Below, piece by piece: positions 36,901 through 49,800 of a DNA stretch of 64,000 bases (the first letter of the stretch is position 1; each line of letters begins with the position of its first letter). Origin of the DNA: Diadema antillarum (taxonomy: Eukaryota); the NCBI RefSeq assembly GCF_040938485.1, contig NW_027271121.1, positions 186,001 through 250,000 of the forward strand, given 5' to 3'. Both the position numbers and the translations under genes were made by a program. The notes beneath the pieces are model-generated. The model was not told the origin of the DNA and did not search any database. It was given only the letters and a program-made list of their open reading frames with translations.

Positions 36901-38560
36901 GGAAGGACGGTAGATAGATTTATGAAATGTTGTGTGAGGCTAACATACACGCATCATATTGATGACTGGCCGAGCGAAGGACAGGAGAGATTGCGGATAC
37001 GTGTAATATGTTATAGTTTCTGATGCGATTTAGTTACTATTTAGTTTCTGTGCTACGTTGCATTGAAACGGATGCTATTGTCGTATATACATTTATTATA
37101 GATATTCGATCGGCGATCAATAAATGCACTAAATAGCCATGAAACTGCATTGTGTGAACGTTACTTAAATTTAGTGGTGGATTCGTGATATGACAACCAT
37201 GTATAGACAGTATTGATGTGTACCTTCACAGCAACCTTCCCTGAAAACTGTACAGTCAGCTAGGGCGATCCGTTTTCATTGCATGCTATAGCGCCCTCTT
37301 TGTTTTCAATCAGTACAGTGTGTAGTGGAAGACCTAAGCTGTGGTGAACACCGTAATTGTCCCAGTGCCATCGGGTGCTGCGACAATTTCTCGACGAGTG
37401 GACAGAGGCAACCCGAAGTACCTCCTCAGCTCAGCTCAGTTCCGCTCTGTCCTTCAGCTATCCAAAGTACCTCCTCAATCCCCTCTTCCGTTTCTCTTGT
37501 TCAGCGTGTAGGCATCCTTTCTATTTCTTTCTTTCCTTTCTTCCTTTGATTTTGTTTTCGTCCCATTCCTTTCAATCGTACCCCCTCAGTTTAGTCATGC
37601 CATGTTGTTGTGTCTCTGTTGTTTGTTTCATTCTGTCTATGATAGAAAACATGATATGTTTTGTTGGAATAGAAATGAGAATGAATAAATGAATTGAATT
37701 GAATTGAATTGAACCCCAGCACCGGGCCAGCACCTAGGCTACGTTGATCATTTTAGCCGTCAATATAAAAACTACGCGCACAATGAATGATGGGGTCCAT
37801 CTGCAAGTTAAATGTACTAGAAAAGGAATTCGGTTTCAGAAATGGACGTTCGGCCCTCTACATTATGTTTGACGGTTTCGAAGTTAATCAAATTATCAAT
37901 TTATAAGACAACAACAAAACATTCATTGTAAATATTATTTGAAATTTCGACATATTTTGAGACGGTCAGTCAGTCATCTTGTGTCGTGGTGCAAAAGGAA
38001 GAAGTACAATTTACACTTCGACCAAAACTTGCTTCTCTGAGTATAATTAAGTAAAGATACAAACGAAAACTGAAGGCTTTAAACGAAGCCTCAGGACGGA
38101 TCAGAGATCGGCTCAGCTTCAGCAATCTTTGGTATTCTGTCTCTTTACTGTTGCCTTTGTACGTCATCCGCTTTCTGATATGTAGTGAATCTCCCAAGCT
38201 TTGTTCGTAAGATGTCACTTGTTGTTGGGTGTTGTTGTTTGGTAATACGTAGATTAATTAATTAATAATTCAGCATGTTTAAAAGATTCAATGCATCAAT
38301 AGTATGTTATAATGTTCTATTTTTATAGTCTCAAACATACCTCTTCATTTCATTTGTATTTCAGTTTAATTAGTTACGACATATAGTTTGATGTACCGAA
38401 TTGTTAATTAATTATTAGTCATTTTGTTTATATCTGTGATCTGTTTGTTGTTCTTGTCATGTAATGCTCTGTTATCTTGCCAGTGGAGGAAGATTTTCTG
38501 TATTTTTTAAAATCAGACAATAAATGATTGAATTGAATTGAATTGAATTGAAATTAATCA

Positions 38561-38742
38561 NNNNNNNNNNNNNNNNNNNNNNNNNNNNNNNNNNNNNNNN
38601 NNNNNNNNNNNNNNNNNNNNNNNNNNNNNNNNNNNNNNNNNNNNNNNNNNNNNNNNNNNNNNNNNNNNNNNNNNNNNNNNNNNNNNNNNNNNNNNNNNNN
38701 NNNNNNNNNNNNNNNNNNNNNNNNNNNNNNNNNNNNNNNNNN
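38561..38742. other. Assembly gap (182 N)
   Basis: N run. Confidence 1.
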
Positions 38743-40110
38743 GGTAAAAACAATTGCATGCGTTGAACAAATGAAGAGCTTGCTTCCAAAAGGTGCTAAA
38801 TCCAATGATAGATTTAGTGCCTTTTGGAAGCAAGCTCTTCAAATAATTGTATTGTGTGCCTACATATTATATGTTTGTTTTTGTTTTGTTTTTCGTGCGA
38901 GTGTGTTTGTGAGTAAAAGGCCGATTCGCCATTACATAGACAAACACGAAGCAGCTCTCATGTAAAAGAAGAAAGAGAAAAGGAACGTGGAACGAATGAC
39001 AGGAAACTTCTTATAATGGAACGAGGAGGATTTGGTTCGGACTCTGCGAGTTTGTAAGAACGAGGGCATTGAGCCTCTGCAGGAGGTTTCTGTCGATTGT
39101 AGTCATGGCAACGAGAGGAGCGATCTACATTATTATCACTGTTTATGGCAATTGCTCTAACAGTCCTACTTAAACAACTCTGCGAACATAATTTTCTAGT
39201 TGCACAAGGAAACAGGTGACGTGTGAGCATGTGAAATAATAATAATAAAATATCTTGGGTTTAACCATGACGTAATCACGATGTTCAGTCCCAAACTTTG
39301 CTTCAAGCTGACTTAAGATGTGTATGCGGAGTTATGCACACACTTCGGTGACTGATTTTAATGTTTCATAGATCCTTTGCAACGATGCCTTCAATTGGTA
39401 TATAGTGTCCCATCTGTTTTATCTATCTCTTTCTCATTCTTTCAAACGTTCACTTCGAATATTCTTCATGGCCTGGGGCTCTTCGATACGTAAGTTTTCT
39501 TGTCTCTGGCAAAGTTGTATTTCCCCTTCTATACTTACGATATCATTCACGTAGCTTTGTAAGCATTCTCTTTGATGAATGGAACACTCTCCATGTCAGC
39601 AGTAATTAAAACACTCATCTAGCACTCCATACCTTTTGACACTTACGGGTCATCTGTTATTCATCATAACTAAGGGTAATGACGTCATGGTATCGATTTT
39701 TTTTTTAGCTCTTGGCAGGAGTGTCACTTACAGAAAAGAATGGCAAAATGCGTTCATGTCAGAACCGTGTGCCTTCGATCGATGAAAGGGAGAGCGATAT
39801 CAATTATTAACCGATCATCCAAGCGAACGATACTTCTCGCCAGGCAAGACAAACACTGCGTTGCCGAGACAATTGGGAACGCAAGGACATGTAATGTTCT
39901 CATCCGTGTATACACGGTGCGCGGTAAAGTGTTCTCCCGCCCCGATTTTAAACTGAAGGTTCCATAACGCCTGGTTTTCATTGATTTTAGCAGCTTTTCT
40001 TGCTCGTATGAATGTGTCAAAGCATATTGTTTAGACGTGGGTCACCCTTTCCACTGGACGTCTCACGTAGATTAGGAATCAGTTCTAACGTCATATTGTC
40101 AAAGTTCTCT

Positions 40111-40273
40111 NNNNNNNNNNNNNNNNNNNNNNNNNNNNNNNNNNNNNNNNNNNNNNNNNNNNNNNNNNNNNNNNNNNNNNNNNNNNNNNNNNNNNNNNNN
40201 NNNNNNNNNNNNNNNNNNNNNNNNNNNNNNNNNNNNNNNNNNNNNNNNNNNNNNNNNNNNNNNNNNNNNNNNN
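40111..40273. other. Assembly gap (163 N)
   Basis: N run. Confidence 1.
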
Positions 40274-40820
40274 CAAAAAGTCCTTTATAACAGGATCAAG
40301 TGCGAGCTTTCAAGGTTAGAAACAGAAATGTGTATTAATTTTGATGGCATTTTTTCATGTTCATACAAATCTAGTAATCAATGAGTAAAATGATTCAAAA
40401 GTAGAACGATACCGGAAGGAGATCTTACGCTGAGTACATCTGAACCGATCTAGCTTTCATAGAGCGATAAACCAAAGAACACACATAGAGATCAATTTAT
40501 AGGATTAAATTCCAATTTTAAAAATGGATTGTCAAATGCGTGAGTTCTACTTTGATGTTACCTGTGGTGTTCATGTTAGGGAGAGACGTTTGCAAGAAAT
40601 TTACCGGCAATTTTAATTCCCCCAAATCAAGTCTTGCGGTTAATTGCAAAATTGAAATCTATTGCAAGCTATACGATCCATTCTGTTGGGGAAAATGAGC
40701 TTGACAATGTTAAGCATCCTCCTCCTGATCTAGGCGTTACGTCAGTGTGTGCATGTGTGGGTGACACGACTTCTTTTTTCCCCCTCTGCTCTCATTTTCT
40801 CCAAGGACTAATAGGGTTAA

Positions 40821-41173
40821 AGGGATAGTACAGTATTGGAGGAGGTGAAAATTGGGCTTTAACTTTTTTGCGAGATACCAAGAAAACACTTATGAAATAG
40901 TGCAGAGCATACCATTTTAAGAGGAATTCACAGTTTATTTGATAAAAAAACAAAGTAAAACAAAACGATCGTAATAAAATGTGGGTCCCACACTTTATTA
41001 GGATCGCTCTGTTTTCGATATCTCGGCCTTTTTAAAACCAATTTTCATCAAATGAACATTGAATCCCTCTTGGAATTACATGCTCTTTAATATTTCATAA
41101 GAGGTTTCTAAATATCTCGTCAAAAAATGATAAAAACCTGAAGTTAAGTCTCAACCAAAACTATACGATCCCT
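40821..41173. mobile_element. Kolobok-like TTAA MITE, family A
   Basis: Family A termini and interior; TTAA flanks. Confidence 0.8.
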
Positions 41174-42479
41174 TTAAGGTTGTGATAGGGTTTAAGGTTT
41201 AGTTGTAGTGAGGATTAGGATTATAGGGTTAGGGTTATGTATGAGGGTAGAATTAATGTTTGGCTTTGCGTGCAGATATTTCACGGGAGCAATATTGACG
41301 CAGGAGGAAAAATGTCATGGAACCGAATGATTGTGTCTGTCATTTACTGTGTAATTCCTATATGCAGTTGTAATACACGTACATGCACTTGGCTTCTGTG
41401 TTCTTGGTAATTGCAGACAACTATCTTTTACATGGGCACGTATCATGTAACTAGGTATCATCAGGCGCATACAGGAAGAAAGGGCACAAATAGTCGATTT
41501 ATAGCTGTCAAAATCATGCTAGTAAAAACATATCACACATTTGGAACACAGGATGGAGTACGTGATCAGCTGGAACGAAACATTCCGGCCATGCAATATA
41601 ATAGATCGGTTTATTTAGCGAGACAGAAACAAACAAAAAGAAAAGCCCCAAGCACAACTCTGAAAGGCAACATGCAAATTTTACACTTCCGACTTTTCTC
41701 AACTTAAAGTGTTGATGAAATGAAGAAGTGCGCAGTGTATGGCTGTTATAACATTTTACGAGAAAAAAACAAAACTCAAATTGGTGTAAATGGTCGAAAT
41801 ATGCGCGGAGCTGTGCATTATAGAAATAGCGCCACATTAAATGAATGATCGCACAACTTTCGGCAGTAGGACATTACAATATCATTGCAGGATGGATGGA
41901 AGACGAAGGAAAATGTGACAGTAAATATTCAGGCAATCTCTGAAGTCTGAAAAGAGGGTATCGGTGCACTAACAAAACAACAGAAGCACACAAATGAAAG
42001 TCAATACTACATATTCTTATCTTCGATAATCTTGCTCGACCTAGACAAAATTTTGAGCCGAATAACTTTCATCGAATTGGCAGCCAGACCACTCAACGGA
42101 GCATTGAAGGATATTATTCCAAAGATAACGATTCAAAGTTTACTTTATATTGCAGTATGCATGTATATTCTCTCACAGTGCAGTATCGAACCAATACCGA
42201 CATGTATTTATCACAATCACCCCTGCTCCTAAACATGTAACAACAAAAACAATCACAGGATTTTTTTTAATCTTCTGGAAGCTCAGTTCCGTCAATGAAT
42301 TTCATTATGTAATTTGTTTAGACGAGTCTTCTCTTCTATGTCTTCCCATTACTAACGTCTCCCTTACAGGTTATGAAACCCTAACAACCCTTTTTGCACG
42401 TTCACCAGAAATGGCAGGATATATCTCATCTATTCAAGTCAGCTGTTTCAAAGCAAGTCCCAGTTATTAGCTGATGGAT

Positions 42480-42482
<3 letters not shown>

Positions 42483-42534
<52 letters not shown>
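42483..42534. repeat. (AT)n microsatellite
   Basis: Read directly. Confidence 0.95.
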
Positions 42535-42536
<2 letters not shown>

Positions 42537-43652
42537 CCTATTCCTGCCCTGAGAGGCGCTTTATGACATTGCTATACTGCAAACCAGCAATTTAGGTACA
42601 ATAACAAGTGCTCTCTTCACCTTTCCTCTCCACAGAGGGCCATAAAAGTTTCCCTGTCTACCATGATTCATGACAACACAGTAAATATTCTCCAAGCCTC
42701 TGAAAGGGAAACGTTCAGGGTACTAAATAACCCGTGTTTCAAGAACGTTACTGCTTCGTGTATAACCGTTACGCCATCAAATATGGGAAAAGAAGTCTAA
42801 TACTACATGACAAAGGTATTTGCAATATATTGCCAATCTTTACAATGTTTATTTGATGACACAGATATGGTTAACTGCACGAAACATATTGATCCATCTG
42901 GAACTAATAGTGCGAAACATTTCCAAATAAGTGTCAAGAACAAAACAACTTTTTTTTGTCATGTTACCACATGTACAAGACCTTAAAGAGGCGCCATGGA
43001 TATCCAACGGTTGGGGTAAATTAAATCGAAGAAGTTTTGGACCATCATTATTCCACTCGGGTTTTAAAAAGCTAACCACAATCCAGGATTATCGAGTGGT
43101 TCATATCTTTCCTTGAAGGAAACGATCGCATGCGTTGAAGCGCAAAGTTCAAACCCACACATAACAATGCGCAAGATACACTGTATGAACATCCGAATAA
43201 TGATGTTTGAAACTTCTCTACGGTTTGCCTACAATCTGTGTGTGACTACCTAAACATCATTGATCTTTCAAACGGCACAGACCAACGTGTTCTTCAAAAC
43301 AAGATCCAAAGTAAACCAAGTCTTTGTCATTTACAAGAACTTCCGAATGTGTATTTCAACTGACAGATCAAATGATTAATTAGCTCCATGCATTAAAAAG
43401 AAAATAGTCGAAACTGTAACTCTCATTACACTGATGTATTAATTATGCAGCTGGAAGAAAATATCAAAAATGTCAAGGAATTTCTGTCCAATTTTAGCAG
43501 AAGATGTTATCGTTTTTGTTGTTCTTTAGGTTGAAATGTTAATCCACTGATACCACATGACTGAAAGAATGTTTCCTGATTCGATTGATGATGAATATTA
43601 TACATCACTCCGAATTTCCAAGGCAGAAGGGGTCATATTGTGCAGCGCGCAG

Positions 43653-44201
43653 TTACTCGTAGTAAACTCCATACACCAGCGCTACTGCAAAAATGGACGA
43701 ATTCTGATACGAAATGGATGCGTAGTTGTCCAATTTGTCGTCCCAGACAAATCTACTGGCTACTTGGACCGACTGACCCCCTAGCGGACCTACGATGACG
43801 TGGCTGACGATTTTATGCCGGGCAAAACCCAACGATTTCACATCAAATTTGACTGCCTCGCTGAGCTCTTTCGTCAAACTCTCCACCGAGCTCGGCAAGT
43901 ACTCGACACCCGCCAGCTTGGCTTCCAAAGTCTTTCGCACGGCCGCCTCGACGATACCAACGTTGAAGTGGGCATCGGGAGCGAGTTTGTAATTGTTCTC
44001 GAACTGCGACGTCCTCATACTCATCTTCGACCTATCGCCATCGGGCGTGAGTCTCGATCTCCCGCCGGACTTGCCCACGGCCAGACCGGTGGAGCGCCGT
44101 GTCGTCAACATGGACGGCTTGCGGACGGACGATGACGGCGGGGATGATATCGTCGAACGGTTCTCGACACTGTCAACGTCGGTCGCCTTGGTCGACGTCA
44201 T
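43653..44201 (-). CDS. Tctex1-domain dynein light chain (TCTEX1D1/TCTEX1D4, i.e. DYNLT5/DYNLT4-like), 182 aa, uninterrupted CDS
   Basis: Ser/Arg-rich N-terminal extension, then ENNYKLAP...VEYLPS...RHKIVSHVIVG...GQSVQVASRFVWDDKLDNYAS...NSSIFAVALVYGVYYE. Likely start ACAATGA at 44201; the reading frame is open to 44225. Paralog not resolved. Confidence 0.93.
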   Translation of the reverse strand: MTSTKATDVDSVENRSTISSPPSSSVRKPSMLTTRRSTGLAVGKSGGRSRLTPDGDRSKMSMRTSQFENNYKLAPDAHFNVGIVEAAVRKTLEAKLAGVEYLPSSVESLTKELSEAVKFDVKSLGFARHKIVSHVIVGPLGGQSVQVASRFVWDDKLDNYASISYQNSSIFAVALVYGVYYE

Positions 44202-45255
44202 TGTGTAGACCTTAATCCGTCTCACAACATGGACCCACGAAGTTGTTCATACAGACTCTTACGTGTATAATATCAGACTTTGCAGCATCACAAAATCATA
44301 CAAAATATCACCATGTCGAAAGAATCGAACACCGTGGCTCCATGCTGATAAACAGAACGTTGCTATAATGAGCCTTATTTTTCCCGAAAGTGGTTATTTC
44401 ATCCGACATCCATGCAATTTTGAATAGAATATCATTGTAACTTTGAAGGTCTGTTTCACCAGATGGCTGTGGGTTTCCTCGCTTTATTGTTTTCAGTAAT
44501 GGCCTTTATCTCCAAACTCCGTGCAACACTTACATTCCACTTAGGTTTCCGATACACTGTAATTGCGGAGACAGTAAATCATTAAGTGTTACAGCCACCA
44601 CAAGACATATACTCCAATACTTGTTCTCCGAGTCAATCGATTTCCTAGGTGAATAAATTGAGTGTTCGATGAAAGAGCTTTTATGAATAGCACGCCGTAT
44701 CGCATTTTTCCTCACACGCGAGCACATCCCTTAAATACGAGGGCTTCACGCCGGATTTTGTTCAGCGACTATGGCGGATGATTTCTAGCACGCTGCGTCC
44801 GCGGGTGAGAAATTGTATCGATTTTATGTTGATCGCTCCAAGATCAAACAAATCCAGCCGCACGTTAATCCAGGCGGTCGTGAGCGTCACTGATAGTCTG
44901 CACTTTTACCACTAACAAGAGACAGTTTCAGAGATATCAAACTCACTTCAAATATTCTAAGTGGAGGTAGCTACTTCTCTTTGTATTGGCATACTGTGTA
45001 CACGATTAATCCAAGTTCAAATTGTAACATTATCACCTTGTACGCTTCATCGGGCTGTAGTCACGACTGAATGAAATGATTTCAACGTTTGCATTCTATA
45101 CAGGGAATCCGAGTGCGTTTCCTTTAACACCTGCAAGGTTGGATGACAAAAAAAAGTTATCTATATATCGCTCACCTGTTGAAAAGCATATGACTATTGT
45201 CGCTCATATCATTGTCAACTAAAGTATTATTGTTCCACGAACTGGTTACAAGTTG

Positions 45256-45269
45256 ATCGCCATAGCAAG
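45256..45269. promoter_or_regulatory. RFX X-box-like ATCGCCATAGCAAG
   Basis: 13/14 match, near a strong minus-strand donor (CAG|GTGAGC at about 45175) that may belong to the Tctex1-type 5' UTR. Confidence 0.4.
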
Positions 45270-45826
45270 AGGCAGCCATCCAAAAAGTATTGTAGTCTGT
45301 TGATCAGACCCGCCCGACCAGATGATGGTTTTAAACACGAGTATTTGGAATCTACAGTATACAGAATAATGGAATAGTGTTGTAGAAGCTATGTATAGTT
45401 TACACCCTTTTCAAAATTTCTCATCGTTCTTCATCTACTCAATGTCATAGTCTTATAGCCACTATTTTACCCCTCTATCATTATTATAGTAAAGTGGATA
45501 CTCATACGGATCTACATTCGTACAGATCTCTCGAAACCAACTGATTAAGTACCAGAAGTCTCTCCATATAAGTAGTGTGTCAGAATACACCTGATTTCTA
45601 GAAGTTGATGATCAGAAGGAGAAGTGATGGAAGAAACCTGTAAAGAGACAGGTGGGGGAGAGGGGAGACTTAAAGAGTGGCCTCTGAATTGTAAGCCTAG
45701 AGCTAGCGAAAAGGACGCTCTAACAAGTGGCTTCAACCTTGTTCACTTGTTCCAGTCGACTTGACAACTAAACTTCCGGCTTACACCCTTTGTCGCTACG
45801 GTCCAGCTGAGCTCATAAGCACTTTA

Positions 45827-45840
45827 GTCACCATGGCAAC
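45827..45840. promoter_or_regulatory. RFX X-box GTCACCATGGCAAC
   Basis: 14/14 match to RTHNYYWTRRNRAC, between the Tctex1-type and FAM227-like coding regions. Confidence 0.6.
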
Positions 45841-46282
45841 GGGACAAGCGTCAGAAGAATCCCTGGCTTGGAGGGCGCCCTTGGTGATAGGGTCAAAGTG
45901 GACGAGCTTGACAAGGTCGTAAAGTTTTGATGGTCTCTCGCAGCAGTAAAATATAAGTTATGGCTAAAAGGATGAAATTTTAATCTAGGTCATATCTAGA
46001 CAGGTCGTGAAATTGTCCGTTCGGGTTTTGTGTTGTAAATTGGGGACGCACCGCGGCGTGCCTTAGAAACAGGTTTAATGTGGGCATAACAAGGGCACGA
46101 AGCTCGAACATTAGTGTGCTGATAACATATTATTGTATCACACTTGCAACATACCCTTAATTGGCCTTATCACACACATATACCACAGATACTAAAACAC
46201 GTCAAACATTAAAGAGTGTCAGTTTGATAAAAAAAAACACGGTTGTATGGGTTTGCACCAATACTGTACCATTCCTTTAATG

Positions 46283-46663
46283 AGGGATGGTACAGTATTG
46301 GTGGAGATGAGAAATGGGCTTTTAACTTTTTGCGAGATACCAAGAAAACACTTATGAAATAGTACAGAGCATACCATTCTAAGAGGAATTCAAAGTTTAT
46401 TTGATGAAAATCGGGTTTGGAATGACTGAAACATCCAAAAACAAAGTAAAACAAAGCGATCGTAATAAAAGGTGGGTCCCACACTTTGCTAGAATCGCTC
46501 TGTTTTGGATATCTCAGCCATTTCAAAACCAATTTTTATCAAATAAACGTTGAATGCCTCATGGAATTACATGCTCTTTCATATTTCATAATAGGTTTCT
46601 CATTATCTCACAAAAACTATTAGAAACCTGAAATTAGGTCTCAACCAAAACTATAGGATCCCT
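46283..46663. mobile_element. Kolobok-like TTAA MITE, family A (a truncated terminus lies just upstream at about 46210-46276)
   Basis: Family A termini and interior. Confidence 0.8.
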
Positions 46664-46703
46664 TTAAGTTAAATGATGTGAGGTGTTTGTGTTTCTCCTA
46701 TAG

Positions 46704-46808
46704 CCTGGAAAAGAGGAGGACAAAAAAAAGCTGTTCAACCGAGTGGCAGACAGCTTCGTGGCCCTGTTTGTTAGTGTCAACCCGGAGATAAAGGACAAGT
46801 TCTTTGCA
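46704..46808 (+). CDS. FAM227B: FAM227B-like exon (PGKEEDKKKLFNRVADSFVALFVSVNPEIKDKFFA)
   Basis: TAG acceptor, GTGAGT donor, phase 0-0. Confidence 0.88.
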
Positions 46809-49800
46809 GTGAGTGTCACCAAATGAGATGGCATTCTTACTGTAAAGTGCCATTCTGTATTGTTGAAGAGAACACAAAGGCAAGGTCCATGTATGTTCAG
46901 ATCATACAGATGAATAGTATTGTGCATAAATAATGATACTGTGCATCAAACTTAATACTAGTAATGGATGATAACATCCTTGTAAAGCTTTTGTGATGCT
47001 TCGTATTGACAAAGCAGTCAAGAGTAGGGAAACTAATCATATCAGATAATATGATATTAGAGTATTTTGATATGAGGAGGTACCCTGAAAACCTGCTCCA
47101 ACATAAGTTTGAGAGAAGAATTCTTCCATTTATGCTTTGATCATCCTGAGTTAATGTCAAGTAATACTTTGTGTCAGACATGCAGACAGATTGTATCTAG
47201 GTTTAGGTATAGGTATAAAGGGTACATGTAGATCATGTATAGATGTTTATGTTTTTGATGCCACTGTACATACTCTGGTAAAATAAATAGTCATCACAAA
47301 GAATTTAGTGACGATATAGCAGACATTGTAATCTCGAGTCACATCATATGAAAGATACTACTAGATATCAGTAAATGAACCGCATAATTGATGAAATGGA
47401 GAAAAGATAAACTTGTGTTTTTCTTCTGATATGTGCCCAAACCATCTGTTGTAACTTTGATAACAGTTGTGCAGCTATTCTTTGAACAGTTGAAATTTTT
47501 ATGTAAATAAGCATGAATTAGAGTTACAGAGATTGTAAGTATAAACATCAGTGTTTACTTTAAAACACTGTATCTGTCATGTGTAACAGGTGTATGCAGA
47601 TTGCCTAGCCCAGGCCCTCTTTGCAGCTTACTGGGAGGCCTTCATCGACTCCCACCATCACCTTGGCGACCGCTTCCGCCAACACGTCGCCTCGGTCTGT
47701 TCAGAACTTATTGCAGGTGGGAGATGTTCTCACTTTAGTTCTTTTTGTTTCTTTGTTGTTGTTGTTGTTGTTGTTGTTGTAAATACAATGTTAAGACTTC
47801 ATCTTTAAAGCTTGCTAATTTTCAACCTTGGATGAGTGTAACCTGTTTATAGCATACAGTGTACACTTAAATTGATTACACATGACAGACTGCCCTGCGC
47901 TCTCATTGTTTGTGATGTTGACAATGTTGAGAAATACACATGCACACACACACACACACTAAATATTTTAATCACCTTTGCTCTCTTCCAAGAACTGCTT
48001 CTGTATGGCTTCTGCTGATATATTTTCAGTGGGCACAGTTGGATATGTATTATAAGCAAATTAATATCTACAAAGCACATGTACTACTACATGATGTTTT
48101 GACATTCTGTAAACCAAAATACAGCTGGGTAATTCCATGAAGTTGGGGCAATGTCCATGTAGCATAGTGATATTTAAAAGATACATTTCAGCATAACTCA
48201 ATATTAATTATGCTATACATTTATTGTTTGTAGGCTTTACATTTGCCTTGAGGCCAGACATTTTCCTGGAAATTTTGTGCCATTCAGACTCAATTTTGAT
48301 GAAGTTATTAAACAATATGTAACAGTGTCCTGTAGCACCGTGACGTGTCCATGTAGCATCGTGATATTTTAAAATTTGGTCCTAAGAGACAAATTATGGC
48401 AATTAGCTTGACCAAAATTTGATGCAATATGCATTTACAAGATATGAATGAGATAGCTAAATATCTCAAATTTCCTGTACACAGTTTTGATTTAAAAAAA
48501 AAAAAATTACAAAATGTATCACGATGCTATGCAGTGTCCTTTTTTGTTACATTTGGTGGACACCGCGTAGCATAGTGACACATTGTGTAATTTTCTTGTA
48601 AAGGTAAAACTGTGGAAAGGAGAGTTAAGATATTTAGCTATCTGACTAATCTAGTAATTACGTGTATGTATATTATATCAAATTTTGGTGAAGCTAATTG
48701 CATTAATTTGTCTTTTAGGACCAGATTTTAACTATCATGATGCTACATGGACACGTCGCAATGCTACAGGACACTGTGACATATTGTTTTTATTCATCAA
48801 AATTGGGTCTGAATGGCACAAAATTTCCAGGAAAATGTATGGTCTCAATACAAATGTAAAGCCTATAAACAATATATGTATAGCATAATTAGTATTGAGT
48901 TATGCTAAAATGTAACACTTTGTGCCCCAACTTAACAGAATTACCCAGCTACATGCAGCTTTCTTTTCTTTCTTGTAGGGTAGATTATAACTCTTCTTTT
49001 CTTCATGTACTCACAACAAGTAGCTGTCTACACAAATGGGCTAAACCCTCACTTTTAACAAACATACACCATAGAACAGAAACCCTTCAACAGAAACTCT
49101 TGCAAAATCTAAATCCCTGGTGTGAGGGATGTTTAAAAAGTAAGTGCAGTGAATCCTGTGTGTACACTTTGCAATGCTGATCAGCATTCAGTAGTAAATT
49201 AGGCAAATTCCTTTAATTACTGGTAAATAACTTTGGTTTTGCAGTAAAAGCACTAGTCAAGTTAAAGGTAATCAGTCTCTGAAGTGTCACCTCCTCACTA
49301 TTGAAAGAAGTGTGATGACATGAAAGTTTCAATCATGATAAACAATTCATGTTCTGTATAGTGAGTGAATGTTTGTGCAATGTGTTTTTGATGTGTACCA
49401 AGGTGTCAAACCAAAACCGTTGTCATGGAAACACTGGGATGTGAAGCGTCTGCAGCCAAAGAGCATGAACAAGGAGAAGGAGGAGGACAAACACCGGGTG
49501 GTCCTCATCAAGGAAGGGCAGATCAACAAGGATGGTGAGCAATGCATCATGGGTCAATCCCATAATGCACCCTGAGCATGACAAAAGTTTTGTGATATAG
49601 TGAAACAGATAATAAGCTTTGCTTTCCATCAGCTCAAATGGTCTCAATCAAAAGAGTTTCTTAGCCCTTAAACCAATTAGGAAGCTTTTGATTTCACAGA
49701 AAAGGGGCAAACTGAGTATTCTAGTAGATACTCTACTGTATGTCTTGATTGAGGAAACTCAGCACGAAAGATCACATTTGCCAAATATAGCTCTTGAACA

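Noticed and set aside
38472-40290. ORFs containing X runs
   Set aside because: Artefacts of reading through N gaps
41177-41325. Interstitial telomere (TTAGGG-like)
   Set aside because: Only about two exact units in a degenerate G/T-rich tract; more likely the interior of a dispersed repeat
43800-44208. + strand ORFs overlapping the Tctex1-type gene
   Set aside because: Antisense shadows of a clearly recognisable CDS
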